Below are positions 39,913-53,202 of a DNA stretch of 64,000 nucleotides, piece after piece (within the stretch, counting starts at the first letter, position 1; each line of letters begins with the position of its first letter). The DNA comes from Elephas maximus (lineage: Eukaryota). Below the pieces are notes generated by a model that saw only the letters and a list, made by a program, of their open reading frames with translations, ran no database searches and was not told where the DNA came from. The stretch is taken from positions 46,631,680 to 46,695,679 of the forward strand of contig NC_064841.1 of the NCBI RefSeq assembly GCF_024166365.1, in the 5' to 3' direction. A program made the translations under genes and the position numbers.

Positions 39913-40968
39913 GAGTGTTTGTTCTTTCCCTCAATCCTAACTACCACAGTGTAATCACATTTTTTATTCTTTGCCTGTCTTATAGATAAAAATACTAAAA
40001 TTGATATTAATCTTTGATTGAATTTCTTTTGAACAATCTGAAGTATAGCTACAAATTTGGCATGAGTTTTTGTGAACACTTCAGATACTTGAAACAGTGA
40101 TTAAAACATAACCAATTCAGCTATCACAAAGCTTTTGACTCAGTTTAAAACCACAGTCCGTTTTTAAGTACTTTCACAGTGAGTCTGTCATTTCATTTTT
40201 CTTGTTTTTAAGTTCCTTAGGATTAGAGCAGTGCTTTACTTTGATACCTTGCTACATTACGAAAATCTTACTAGACCCAAAAGGTGGGGGAGTGGGAGTT
40301 TCTCAGATCACCCAAGGTAATAAGATTAAAATCGATTTGTTTTCTTTTTCCCCTCTTTTTCTCTTTCTTATAGCTCAGGACCTAATTGCTTCTTCCAAGG
40401 TGATTCAAACCAAAGCATACTGAGCTTTCTTTTTGTAGTTATAGTTTGCTAAGTGAATAACAGTTTACTTTCTTGCAACCTCGTGCTTTTTGCTGAAATA
40501 ATGTATTTAATGTATTTAAGTCTGTGCTGTCTAGCACGGTAGCCACTAGACATATGTAGGTATTTCAATTTAAATTAATTAAAATAAATAAAAAATTCAG
40601 TTTCTCAATCAAAGCCACATTTCTAGTGCTTACGTACCTAGTAGCTACCATATTGAAGAGCACTGATCTAAAGGTTTCACCTACTGGACATAAAGGATTG
40701 GGTTGGTGAGTTAGTGTTCCTCTTTAGGACATTATACTGTTTTATCATTTGGGTACTCATTCTTGAACCCTCTTTCTACTTTGTTATTTTATATGGCTTC
40801 TGGTATTAAGTACTGAACCCCTTTTCATATCAGGTTATGTGTGACCATGAGTATTTCCTCCTGTTTTTGATATGCTTTCTTCTTTTTCCCATGCTGTTTG
40901 ACTTATTCATAGTTCCTTGTGTTTGTCCTTCTTACTTCTTCTCCTGTACAAATATATACTTAATAAAC

Positions 40969-41093
40969 AGCTGCTAACCAAAGGGTCGGCAGTTTGAATC
41001 CACCAGGTGCTCCTTGGAAACTCTACAGGGCAGTTCTGCTCTGTCCTATAGGGTTGCTATGAGTCGGAACCAACTCGACAGCACTGGGTTCTG
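40969..41093 (+). mobile_element. 5'-truncated AfroSINE-like SINE, flanked by atacttaata
   Basis: gctgctaaccaaagggtcggcagtttgaatccaccaggtgctccttggaaactctacagggcagttctgctctgtcctatagggttgctatgagtcggaacc…. Confidence 0.7.
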
Positions 41094-41180
41094 GGTAAAC
41101 AGATACATACTTAATAGAAAGAATACCTATATTTATTGATGCTCTTCTCTTATTGAAGTCATTAACAGATTAAATAGATG

Positions 41181-41332
41181 GTGTATGGTTAAGAGCTCAG
41201 ACTGCTGACCAGAAGGTTGGCAGTTCAAATCCACCAGCTGCTGTTTGGAAATCTTAATGGGGCAGTTCTGCTCAGTCCTATAGGGTCACTATGAGTTGGA
41301 ATCGACTCGACGGCAACAAGTTTGGTTTTTTT
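41181..41332 (+). mobile_element. AfroSINE-like SINE, 5'-truncated
   Basis: gtgtatggttaagagctcagactgctgaccagaaggttggcagttcaaatccaccagctgc…gggtcactatgagttggaatcgactcgacggcaac. Confidence 0.7.
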
Positions 41333-41479
41333 AGTTGCGTATTATTATTTTTTATATTAACTCTTTTTGGGTATTCATTCAATGAATCTATTGAGAACCC
41401 TTTATATACTAGAAACTGTTCTAAGCTCTGGGAAAATTGGTGTTAATAAGACATGGAATTTATATCAATCATCGATTGG

Positions 41480-41900
41480 TAGCCTTTCACAAACTCATGT
41501 TACTCTAATTGTCTTGGTTATCTAGTGCAGCTATTAACAGAAACACCACAAGTGGATGGCTTTAATAAACAACTTTATTTTCTAATGGTTTTAGGAGTCT
41601 AGACGTCCCAATTCAGGGTGCTGGCTCTATGGGAAGGCTTTTCTTTGCTGGCTCTGGAAGAAGGCTCTTGTCTCTTCAGCTTCTGCTTCCTGATTCCCTG
41701 GAAATCTCCATATTTCTTGGCATCTGTCTTACTGCATCTAGGCTTCTTGGTTGCTTGTTTGATCTTTTTTATATCTCAAAAGATACTGACTCAAGATTCA
41801 CCCTACACTAATCCTGTTAGATAACCCATTTCCAAATGGGATTCTAGCCACAGGCAAAGATGTTAGGAATTACAACACATATTTTGGGGGATATAATTTG
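41480..41900 (+). repeat. Ancient mammalian-wide interspersed repeat, copy 1; family not assigned
   Basis: …gtcttggttatctagtgcagctattaacagaaacaccacaagtggatggctttaataaacaa…attttgggggatataatttgatccataa; same family and orientation as 42240-42760. Confidence 0.4.
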
Positions 41901-42239
41901 ATCCATAAATAGCACTAATTAATTGCAAAATTTCCTTTTCAGTGTTCAGATAGTTCTAACTTTACCAGCAGGAGCCTCTTCAAGTATGCCAGCCTTTTTC
42001 CCCTTTTAGCATTGCCCTTGAATTTTTGAAAGTATCCTTGCTTTCTATTATTATTTCAGACTATTTGGGTTTTGGGTTTTCTTTTTTTAAGATTTGTGTG
42101 TTACCATTTTAGTATTAATAAGGGTATTTCCCTGCATGATAAAAATGTTTAGTTAAAATTTCTTATTTATAAAGTCTTTATACCAGTCTGGTGAGATTGG
42201 TTGTAATCTACAATTTTATAAATAGGGAAGCTAATTGTC

Positions 42240-42760
42240 TTAGTTACGTAGTGCTGCTATAACAGAAATACCACAAGCAAGTGGCTTTAACAAACAAATT
42301 TATTTTCCCACAGTCTGTGAGGCCAGAAGTCCAAATTCAGGATGCCAGCTCTTGAGGAAGGCTTTATCTTTCTCTGTCAGCTTTGGGGAAAGGTCCTTGT
42401 TATCAATCTTCCCCTGGTCTAGGTGCTTCTTGGCGCAGGGATCCTGGGTCCAAAGGACACACTGTGTTCGTGGCCCTTTTTATGTGGTGGTAGGAGGTCC
42501 CCTCTCCTCTGCTTGCTTCTCTCTTTTATATCGGAAGGGAGATCAACTCAAGATACAACCAAATCGTATAGATTGAGTCCTGCCTTATTAACGCAACTGT
42601 CTCTAATCCTGCCTCATTGATACAGGTTAAAATCTACAATATATAGGATAACCACATCAGATCACCAAATGGTGGACAGCCACACAGTACTGGGAATCAT
42701 GGCCTAGCCAAGTTGATACACATTTTTGGGGGATGCATTTCAATCCATAACACTAATTTT
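42240..42760 (+). repeat. Ancient mammalian-wide interspersed repeat, copy 2; same family as 41480-41900
   Basis: gtcttagttacgtagtgctgctataacagaaataccacaagcaagtggctttaacaaacaa…atttttgggggatgcatttcaatccataaca. Confidence 0.4.
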
Positions 42761-43054
42761 CAGAGGTTAATGACCTTGTTTAAGAAACTGTCAAGACATA
42801 AAACTGAGATTCAAGCCTTGATCTCATCAACTCCAAAGTCTGTGCTCTTTGTAATGTAATACTCTCTGAGAAAGGGTCTATTATGCCTAGGTGACAGAAG
42901 AAGATATTAGGGGTCAAAAGACTTTCTTGGCTGCTGTGAGGCTTAAATGAGAATGGATGTAAAGTTTTATACAAATATAAACAGAATCAACCAGTGAAAG
43001 CCCAGTATGGACCACAACCAGTTATGGGGATGATACAGGACTGGGGAGCGTTTG

Positions 43055-43262
43055 GGAGTCCCTGGATGGTGTAAATGGTTAGTGGATTCAGATGCCAACT
43101 GAAAGGTTGGATGTCTGAGTACACCCAGAGGCACCTCGGAAGAAAGGCCTGACAGTCTGCTTCCAAAAAATTCACCATTGAAAACCTGTAGAGAGAACGG
43201 TTCACCTGTGACACACGTGGGCTTGCCATGAGTCAGATTTAACTCAATGGCAGCTTTTACTA
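43055..43262 (+). mobile_element. tRNA-derived SINE (second subtype)
   Basis: ggagtccctggatggtgtaaatggttagtg…ccatgagtcagatttaactcaatggcagc. Confidence 0.65.
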
Positions 43263-43298
43263 GTCTAGGGTATGTCACTGCCTATAGTCTTATATCAA

Positions 43299-43503
43299 GG
43301 AGCCCTGGTGGCACAACGGTTAAGTTCTCAGCTGCTAACTGAAAGATCAGTGGTATGAACCCATCCAGCTGCTGCGTAGGAGAAAGACCTAGTGATCACT
43401 TGTAAAGATTATAACCTAGAAAACCCTATGGGCCAGTTCTAGTCTATCACATGGGGTTGCTATGAGTCAAAATCGACTGACTCGACAGCAGCTAGCAACA
43501 ACA
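43299..43503 (+). mobile_element. AfroSINE-like SINE with the TSD agtcttatatca
   Basis: ggagccctggtggcacaacggttaagttctcagctgctaactgaaagatcag…; TSD at ~43286-43298 and 43504-43515. Confidence 0.8.
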
Positions 43504-44234
43504 GTCTTATATCAGTGTGGGTTTTGAGGTGGAAGAGAATGTGTTCTTGTCTCTCCCTTTACTCCTTTTCTTAGCTCTCTGTTATTCCCCATAACTTGCC
43601 ACTCCTGCATAGCTGATTGAGTTCTCCTTTGTTCTGGTGTCACTCTTGATTTTTGTGTAATTGCAGATTGCTTCTAGACACTTCCAGCAGTTTCTTCACT
43701 TACGTCATTTAGACCAGCTAAAGCAACTCATTTTCTTAAACCTGTTTCTTCTTATAGATTCCAAATAGAACCAGTTTTCAGGGCAGCTAGATTCAAATTT
43801 GGAATCTTACTCTTCCCTTTATCTCAACTCTTCCTTCGATTAGTCATGAATTCTTGTTAATTTTTCTTCATCATATGTCCCCCATTTATCCTTATCTTTC
43901 AATTAATATCTTAGTTTAGAAATTTATTACCTCATGACAGTATTATTGCAATAAACTCTTAAGTGGTGTCTGTCTTCTGGAGTTAATTTTTTTCTGTGGT
44001 ATGCGGCAAGGCTCTAAACTGATTCCCTACTTCCCTCTTTTGAAAAATTCATTGTTATTAAAATGTCATTTATTGACTAAGCCTTTTTTTTGCTGCCTAC
44101 GATGCTTCCTTCATCACATTAAATTCTTATGATAGTACCTTTTTGGACTGGCTGTTCTGTTTCTTTGATGTGTCTTTGTTCTTATGTTGCATTGTTTTAA
44201 TTTTAGTAATGCTCCCCCCACCCCCGCCCGGTAG

Positions 44235-44477
44235 ACTTTAAAACAGCAGATAGCAGATTTACAGGAAGATCTGAAAAGAAAAGAAGCAAAATGGTCAAGT
44301 ACACACAGCCGTCTTAGAAGCCAGATAGAAGTGTTAGTCAAAGAGAACACAGACCTCCGGGAAGAAATAAAAGTGATGGAAAGATTTCGGCTAGATGCCT
44401 GGAAGAGAGCAGAAGCTATTGAAAGCAGCGTAAAGGCAGATCAGTGTGTGACTGCTGTGAAAAAAGATGAATCCATG
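44235..44477 (+). CDS. CENPJ: CENPJ coding exon 9 (81 codons), phase 0 in and out
   Basis: Acceptor cccggtag|act. Encodes [81 protein letters not shown]. Donor atg|GTAAGT. Confidence 0.88.
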
Positions 44478-44769
44478 GTAAGTTTGGAGGAGCAATGGGA
44501 TTTGTCATGTCAAGGGTAGAGCATTTGTCACTGTTTGAGCATTGCTACACAGGTAATTCTAAAATCAGTTTTTAATAATTCTTATAAAGGAAGTATACAA
44601 CAATAGGCAAATGATCTCAGTTAAAATAGATGAAGTAAAGCTTTCCTGGAGAGTCACATGCGTATGATCTTTTTTAATCAGTCATTTGGTCTTTCATTTA
44701 TCTATGTTAACAATGACTGTGTGCCAGGCACTGGGATACAATTATTGAACAAAATTCCTGGCTCTTATG

Positions 44770-47100
44770 GAACTTATATTCTAGTGGCAGAGAAAGAATA
44801 CAAATAAGAAGCTAAGGAAAAAAAGCAAGGAAGGGGCGAGAGTGTTGTGATTTTAAATAGGATGGCCAGGGAAGGCCTTACGGAGAAAGTGACACTTGAA
44901 TAATGACCTGAAGGAGATGAGTGAGGAAGCCATGGTAATCCCTGGGTGAAAACTGTAGCAGCCAAAGTGAACACCAAGTGTGAAGAGTTAGTAGTCTACC
45001 TGGTGGGTTTGAGGCATAGCAAGGAGGCTAGTATACCTGGAGTAGAGTGAGTCAGAACAATTATAGGAGCTAAGATTAGAGATATAATGGAGGATGGAGG
45101 GTGCAGATGATGTTAGGCCTTAGTAGATGATTGTGAGCACTTTGAGTTTTACTCTGAGTCAAATGGGAAGCCATTGGAGGGCTTTGAATAAAGGAGTAGT
45201 CTAATCATTTTTATTTTAGTAGGTTCTCTCTATACCTGGTGTAGACTTAAGAATAGAAATCAAATGACATACTGTATTGGGCAAATCTGCAAAAGACCTC
45301 TTTAAAGAGTTAAAAAGCAAAGATATCACTTTGAGGGCTAAGATACGCCTGACCCAAGCCATGGTTATTTTCATTCGCCTCATATGCATGCAAAAGCTGG
45401 ACAATGAATAAGGAGGACCAAAGAAGAATTGATGCCTTTGAATTATGGTGTTGGCTAAGAATATTGAATATACCATGGACTGCCAGAAGAACAAACGAAT
45501 CTGTTTTGGAAGAAGTACAGCCAGAATGTTCCTTAGAAGTGAGGATGGTGAGACTTTGTCTTATGTACTTTGGACATTGTTGTCAGGAGGGACCAGTCCC
45601 TGAGGAAGGATAGCATGCATGGTAGAGGATCAGTGAAAAAGAGGAAGACCCTCAGTGAGACGAACTGACACAGTGGCTACAATAGTGGGCTCAAGCATAG
45701 TAACGATTGTGAGGATGGCGCAGAACCAGGCAGTGCTTCGTTCTGTTGTACATAGGGTCGATATGAATTGGAACTGACTCTACGGCACCTAACAACAACA
45801 ACAACAACATGGGTGCAGTTGGTATGAGTTAGGGGACTACTGCAATAATTGAGACCAGAGATAATAGTGGCTTAGACCAGGATAGCAGCAGTGGAGGTGA
45901 TGAGAAGGAAACAGTATTTGTGATGAATCGAATATGGGGCTTGACAGCAAGAAAGGAATTACGAATAGCTTTTTTTAAGTTTAGTTTTTTGGCCTAATGG
46001 AGTTTCCACTTATTATAATGAGAAGTCACAAGAAGAGATTTTTATGGGATGTGGATATTAGGAGTTCACATTTGGACAAGGTAAGCTTGAAATGCCTACT
46101 GTATATCAAGTGGAGATGTAAAGTAGTTAAACCAAATATCAAGAGAAGTGCAGGTTGGAGATATAAATTTGGGGGTCATCAGAATATGTGGTAAAGCATG
46201 GACCTGGGCGAGATCATCAAAACTGTGAGTATAGATAGTGAAGAGGTGCAAGTACTGAGCCTAATTATCATGAGATGGGGAGATGAGGAGGAGCCAACAA
46301 GGGAGTGGAGAATGAGCAGCCAGAGAAGTATGAAGAAAATTAGGCAAGTATGATGTCCTGAAAGCCAAGTACAGAAAGTAAATCAAGGAGGAGAGAGTGG
46401 TCAGCAATGTCAAATGCTGCCGATAAGTAAGATAAGAACTGAAATTGACCATTAAATTTACCAAGAAGAAATAATTTATGACCTTGATAAGATCCTTTTC
46501 TTGAGGGTGTTACAGATGAAAGCCTAATTGGAGTTGGCTCAAGAGAGAATAAGGGGAAATTACAGAGTGTTAACAGCTTTTTGGAGTGTTTCTGTAGTAA
46601 ATGTAAGGAGATAAGTGGGAGTAGTGGCTAGAAGAAGTATTTTTTTGTTTTTGTTTTTTCAAGATGGGAAACTGAACAGATGTTATGTATTGATAGGATT
46701 GATTCAGGAGAGAGGATAGCACTAATACAGGAGAAAGTGGGGAGAATTGTTGAAGCAATGTCTGAGAGGGGGTGGTATCTAGTGAATAAATGCAAGTGTT
46801 GGCCTTACCTAAGAGTATGGACAATTTATCCATAGTAATAGAGCATATAGGGTAGTTGGGTGGTGGCAGCTTGTTAGAAGTTCCTTTCTAATTGCTTTAA
46901 CTTTGTCAATGCAGTAGGAAGCACAGTCATTAGCTGAGAGTGAGGATGGAGGAGGATTTGTAGGAGACCTGTGGGGATGGGAGGACGTGTGTAATAGTTC
47001 TCTAAGAGTGAAAAAGCAAATAGATGGGGAAATGTAGTGTGATTTCTGGGCTGCATTAAGGGTCCACTTGAGGTTAGTCATAAACTTAAAGTGAGAATTT
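44770..47100. repeat. Old interspersed repeat (MER/DNA-transposon-like; family not assigned), split by the RTE fragment at 45262-45805
   Basis: Long block with the typical …gagttcacatttggacaaggtaagcttgaaatgcctact…ggagatataaatttgggggtcatcag… organisation that I recall from an ancient mammalian repeat. Confidence 0.35.
45262..45805 (+). mobile_element. RTE/BovB-type LINE 3' fragment (sense) with (CAA)n tail
   Basis: ORF 45404..45613 (…AFELWCWLRILNIPWTARRTNESVLEEVQPECSLE…); tail …catagggtcgatatgaattggaactgactctacggcacctaacaacaacaac. Confidence 0.8.
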
Positions 47101-47649
47101 TTCACATTGTTCTTTTTTCTTGTTCAGCTTTTTTGGGTGCGCCCAGATGTGGTGGTAGGGTTATAATTTAGCAGAGGTGTGGTTATCCAAGTGAATACTA
47201 CAAAAGTGAGAGAGGGGCATGCTGCTTGACAGTATACGTAACAAGAGTGACTGCACTGAACCATGAGTTTAAGGTGCATAAGGATACAAGGTTCTGAGAG
47301 GCAGAAAACATATAAATCAATGAGTTGTAGGATCCTTTAGCCTGTAATTGAGATGGGGTTTAAAGGAATGAGCTGGGAAGACAGACTGTGGTAGTCAGAA
47401 AGTGGGATTCTTACACCCCCACTCAACATTTTATTATGAAAGCTTTCTAAAATAGAGAAAAGTTGAAAGAACAGTATAAAACTTGAATACCCACTACCTA
47501 GATTCAACCAGTTAAAATTTATAATTTTTGTGAAATGGGTAATTGTAAAAATCATGATATCTCACCCTAAATACTTTAGTGTTTTATTAAATGGCACTGA
47601 CTTTTTGAAGAGACCATACTAATTATTTTGTAGAATGCCCTAAATAGCA

Positions 47650-47850
47650 ACCAACCTGTTGCTGTTAATTCTGACTCATGGTGACCCCTGTGTGTTACAG
47701 AGTAGAGCTGTTCCATAGGGTTTTCTTGTCCGTAATCTTTACAGAAGCAGATCACCAGGTCTTTCTTCTGTGGTATTGCTGGGTGGGTTTGAACCTCCAA
47801 TGTTTAGGTTACTGGTCGAATGTGAACCATTTGCGCCACCCGGTGACCAG
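47650..47850 (-). mobile_element. tRNA-derived SINE (second subtype), antisense
   Basis: Reverse complement of ggtcaccgggtggcgcaaatggttcacattcgaccagtaacctaaacattggaggttcaaacccacccagc…. Confidence 0.65.
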
Positions 47851-47904
47851 ATAGAGTGCTTTAAAATTGAGATTTTCATGGCATTGCAGTTATTGACCAC
47901 TGCT

Positions 47905-48233
47905 CGTCTGTCAGTTTGTTGTACTGTGGTGGCTTGTGTGTTGCTATGATGCTGGAAGATATGCCACTGGTATTTCAAATACAAGCAGGGTGACCCATGG
48001 TAGACAGATTGCAGCAGAGCTTCCAGACTAAGAGAGAGTGGGAAGAAGTACCTGGCCATCTATTTCTTAAAAAATTGGCCAGTGAAAACCTTATGAATAG
48101 CAGTGGAACACTGATCACAGTATCTGCGGCAGTGGGCTCAACTAGCAATGACTATGGGGATGGCGCGGGACTGGGTACACAGGGTCTCTGTGAGTTGGAA
48201 CCAACTTGACGGCACCTAACAGCAGCAGCAGCA
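47905..48233 (+). mobile_element. Internally deleted RTE derivative: about 220 bp of the RTE 5' end fused to about 110 bp of the RTE 3' tail
   Basis: 47905-48125 matches the 5' terminus of the RTE at 34850-35045 (…gtcagtttgttgtactgtggtgg…ccagtgaaaaccttatgaatagcag…); 48125-48233 matches the RTE tail (…gtgggctcaa…gtctctgtgagttggaaccaacttgacggcacctaacagcagcag). Confidence 0.65.
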
Positions 48234-49124
48234 GTTATTGAAAATGACAAGTTCTAAAGTTTGTCCATTGGATTGAATAGCTCAGGTAGGATAAAGGGCA
48301 GAATCCCTGGGGAGAGTAGGCCAAGAAACTGAGATGCTAAGTTATTGAAAGCATCATTTACTGTTAAAAATAATAACAGTAATAAGAAAGGAGAAAATGA
48401 CAGTAAGCTAGGATCTAAACATCTGCAAGGGGTGAGAGGGGAGTGATGACTGCAACAGTGAGGGAGGGGTAAAGATGGGTGAGTACGAGGACATGAGATT
48501 CAAAGCTGAGGCAGGGGATTTAGGGAGGAGGGATTTAGGGCTGGAAGTGATGATGTGGCGCAAGAAGGACATCTACCCTACCTTTGTCCTAGTGGTTTGA
48601 GCTCTGTGGGAGAGAAAGCTTCCATCACTTGAGAAGGATATAGTGGTAACCAGTATTATGAGGGAGACCTAGGGCTTATTTAGACTGTTAGAGCAAGAAC
48701 GTGAAGGAGAAATGTTTACAGAATAGGTTGAAGACAAAGGGGATTTGCTGATGTTTGACCGTGAATTCTGTTGAGGACCAGGGAATAGAGTAGAGGCACA
48801 GGTCCTCAGTTCACTGGTCCTAATAAAATATCATTATGTCAATATCAGCAATAGGACACTGTTTAGTTTTATGTTACATGTTATATCCTAAGTTCAAGAA
48901 TGATTAGATTTCAAAAAGAACATTTAATTTCAAAAAAAATTTAACTTTTCACTTTAGCCTGTATTGAGATTAGACCCTTTGGCAGGTATTTAATAATGAC
49001 AACTGAAAACAAACGAATGAACAAATTTAAAACACTCTCATTGTTAGCTGAGCTCTGTTAGTTTCATTCATTGTACTACTATGTAGACTAATACTTATGT
49101 TCAAAATTATCTCTCATACCACAG

Positions 49125-49209
49125 AACCCATTATTTTGTTTCCAAAGAAGCCAGATTTCTTCAGGAACCCAGGTAGAAAAATGTAAGAAAAATTATTTGC
49201 CAACACAAG
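49125..49209 (+). CDS. CENPJ: CENPJ coding exon 10, phase 0 in, phase 1 out
   Basis: Acceptor ctctcataccacag|aac is the first AG after an in-frame TAA. Encodes [28 protein letters not shown](G). Donor aag|GTAGGA. Confidence 0.75.
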
Positions 49210-51189
49210 GTAGGAGGTTGTTTATTATCTTTTTAATGTATTAGAAATATAAAGTATAGAAAATTTATACCCAATTTAATCAAAAAGCATTGTAAATATA
49301 ATTGAAGCCCCTGTATCTTTCTCCCCCCAGTTAATTTCTACCCTGATAGCATTCCCATGTTTGTTTTTTATTCTTTTACTACATTATGTCCATTAATCAA
49401 TATAGTACTGTTTCATTGTTTCCGCAACTTGCTTTTTTCTTTCGATGTTTTAAGACTGACCTACATTAATCCATGTAAAATCTGGTTTATTCATTTTAAT
49501 AGCTATACAGATTCCATTGTGTATTTGTTGTAGTTAAGTTTTCCTATTGATAGACATTCAGATTTTTCCCAGTTTTTCATGATAATGAATAAGTCTTGCA
49601 GAACTTGTCTTTGATCATGTGAGTTTCTCTGGGATGCATATTTAAAGTAGGATATTGGGTCACATCAGGCTTGGGCAACTTTATTCTGGAGGCTTTGCCT
49701 TTGTTCTGCAAAGTAGTTCTGCTAGTTATTACTTCCAGCATATTTATATGCTCTTTGTACTTAACAACACTTGATATGATCAGACTTAAAAAGTTTGGCC
49801 AATCAGATGGGTGTGAAATGGTGAGTCAGTGTAGTTTTAATATACATTTCCCTGATTATTGGTAAGGTTGTATGAACATCTTTTTGTATATTTAGTGGCT
49901 GTTTATGTTTCCTGTTTTCTGAATTGCCTGTACCTATTGTTTGCCCATTTAAAATTTCGGTGTGCATGTATATGTGTGTTTCTTGAAGTTAATCATTTAT
50001 TCTGCATACTAATCCTTTGTCAGTTATAAGCACTGCCAATATTTTCTCTGAGTCTGGGTTTAACTTTTCAATTTGTATTTTTTATGTACACGTTTTTCCT
50101 TATATTGGATTTATCAGTCTTATCCTTTATAGTTTTTGCTTTTTGTTGACTTTAAGAAATCCTTTTTAATCATATACTACTTTTTTCTATGAACTTTTGT
50201 TTTCACTTCTGGGTCTTTAATCTACTTGGAATTTTTAAAAAATTATTTCTGTGATATAAATTTAGAGAAGTGGATAAAACATGTGCAATTTGACAAATAG
50301 TTATAAAGCAAATACTTAAAACCACATAATAGGTAAGGAAACACGTTACTAGCACTATAGAACTACCTCCCCCATATACTCCTCTATGATCATATTACAT
50401 TGCTTTTCTTTATGTAGTTTAAACTCGTATAGATGCATCCCTAAGAATATATATAGTTTTATTTGTTTTTTGAATTTTATGAGTAGACTTATATATACTT
50501 TTCTTTCCTTCTTTCACTAAAAATTGTTTTGGAGATTTGAGGTTTAATTATGTTGATGAGTGCAGTCCTAATTCATTAATTTTTACTGCAATGTAGTATT
50601 CCATTTATGAATATATTATATTTTACTATTCTTCTGTTGAGGTACTTGAATTTTTTACATAGTTTTTGGATGTTAATGAATGCTGTGGGCATTCTTTTAC
50701 ATTCTGGTACACACACATTCATTTCTCTAGGGCATATATTTAGGAGTGGAATTACTAATTCATATGAATTATCTTTAATAGATGTTGCCAAAATATTCTC
50801 CATAATGATTTTACTTTCACCAGCCATGTAAGTGTTTGCTTTGTTCCACACTTGCCAGTACTTGCTATTGTTAAAAAAAAAAAAAAGACTTATAATTTTG
50901 CTCATCTGATAGGGGCGTAACAGTAGTTGTAATTTGCATTTCATTGATTAATAAATGTTGAACACCTTTGCCTATGTTTATGAGCTATTTATATTTCCTC
51001 TTTTGAAAAGAACCTGTTCAGGTCTTTTGCCCTTTATTCTGTTGTCTTTTGCCCATTATTCTGTTGTCTGTATTTGCTGGAGGATTCCTTGCCCACCATG
51101 CACCGAAAAACGCACTGCCGTAGAGTCTATTCCGACTCACAGCGACCCTATGCCCACCGCAGTCATCCTTTAATAGTTACACTGCAGTC

Positions 51190-52060
51190 CCATTCTGTTG
51201 CTTGTCTTTTTGCTCTATATTTTTATGAACCAAAATTGTCAGTTTAATGTGGTAGAACTTCAGTTTTGTCCTTTAAGGGTAGTAGTACTATTTTTTTTGT
51301 GCGTGTGTGTGTGTAAACATATATGTAACAAAACATTTGCCATTTCAACATTTTTTACATATACAGTTCATTGACATTAATTATGTTCATCATGTTGTGC
51401 AACCATCACCACTATCTGTTCCCATATTTTTCCATTACCCTGAACAGAAGCTCAGTGTCATCTAAGCAATGCTCCCCTCCTTCCTACCCCTGGTAACCAC
51501 TGATAAACTCTGGCTTCTATATATTCACCCCATCTAGATATTTCACGTAAATGGTTTCACAGTATTTGTCCTTTTGTGACTGACTTGTTTCACTCAGCAT
51601 AATGTTTTAAAGGTTCATCCATGTTATAGCATGTATCAGGGCTTCATTTCTCTTTATGGCTGAGTATATTCCATTATATGTATATACCAGATTTTCTGTA
51701 CCATTCATCTGTTGATGGACATTTAGGTTGTTTCCACCTTTTGGCTACTGTGAAAAAATGTTGTAATGAACATGTGTAAATAAGTAAGTTTGTGTTCTGG
51801 TTTTCAGTCTTTTTAGTATATACCTAAGGGTGGAATTGCTGTGTTACGTGGTAATTCTGTTTCATTTTTTGAGAAAGTGCCAAACTGTTTTCCACAATGG
51901 CTGTGTCACTTTACATTTCCATTAGCATTGGATGAGAGTTTCAAGTTACTCCACATCCTCACAAACATGTTATTTTCATTTTGTTGGTCATAACCATCTT
52001 AGTGGGTATGAAGAGATATCTCATTGCAGTTTTGATTTACATTTCCCTAGTGACATTGGA
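51190..52060 (-). mobile_element. Older LINE-1 3' end (antisense), left part; continues at 55475-56640 after the RTE+SINE insertion
   Basis: Typical antisense L1 3'-end sequence (…tttcactcagcataatgtttt…cattcatctgttgatggacatttaggttg…ctcattgcagttttgatttacatttccctag…). Confidence 0.7.
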
Positions 52061-53202
52061 CTTGCTTTGATTTTCTTCAGTTTCAGCGTGAACTTGCATT
52101 TGAGCAATTGATGGTCTGTTCCACAGTCAGCCCCTGGCCTTGTTCTGACTGATGATATTGAGCTTTTCCACAGTCTCTTTCCACAGATGTAGTTGATTTG
52201 ATTCCTGTTTATTCTATCTGGCAAGGTCCACATGTATAGTCACCGTTTATGTTGGTGAAAAAAGGTGTTTGCAATGAAGCAGTCGTTGGTCTTGCAAAAT
52301 TCTATCATTTGATCTCTAGCATTTTTTCTGTCACCAAGGCCATATTTTCCCACTACCGATCCTTCTTTGTTTCCAACTTTTGCATTCAAATCACCGGTAA
52401 TTATCAATGCATCCCGATTGCATGGTCGATCAATTTTAGACTGTAGAAGCTGATAAAAATCCTCAATTTCTTCATCTTTGGCCTTAGTGGTTGCTGCATT
52501 AATTTCCATAATAGTCCTCTTAACTGGTCTTTCCTTTAGGTGTATGGATATTATCCTGTCACTGACAGCGTTATACTTCAGGATAGATCTTGAAATGTTC
52601 TTTTTGACAATGAATGCAGCACCATTCCTCTTCAAGTTGTTATTCCTGGCATAGTAGACTATATGATTGTCTGATGCAAAATGGCCAATGCCAGTCTATT
52701 TCAGCTCACTACTACCTAGGATGTTTATGCGTTGGATTTAATTTTTTGACAATTTCCAATTTTCCTAGATTCATCCTTTGTACATTCCAGGTTCCGATTA
52801 TTAATGCATGTTTGCAGCAGTTTCTTCTCATTTTGAATTGTGCCACATCAGCAAATGTTAAGGTCCCGAAAGCTTTACTCCATCCATGTCATTAAGGTCA
52901 GCTCTACTCTGAGGAAGCCGCTCCTCCTCAGTCGTCCTTTGAGTGCCCTCTAACCTGGGGGACTCATATTCTGTCACTATATTAGACAGTGTTCCACTGC
53001 GATTCATAAGGTTTTCACTGGCTAATTCTTTTCAAAAGTAGACTGCCGGGTCCTTCTTCCTAGTCTGTCTTTGTCTGGAAGCTCAGCTGAAACCTGTCCT
53101 CTATGGGGTGACCCTGCTGATGTTTGAATACCGGTGGCATAGCTTCCAGCATTACAGCAACACATAAGCCCCCACAGTACGACAGACTGACTGACAGATA
53201 GG
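52061..53202 (-). mobile_element. Inverted 5' segment of an RTE/BovB LINE (EN-like region, reaching the element's 5' terminus)
   Basis: Minus ORF 52240..52635 parallels 34064..34593. 52061-53202 is collinear with 33889-35045 of the reference RTE copy. Confidence 0.8.
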
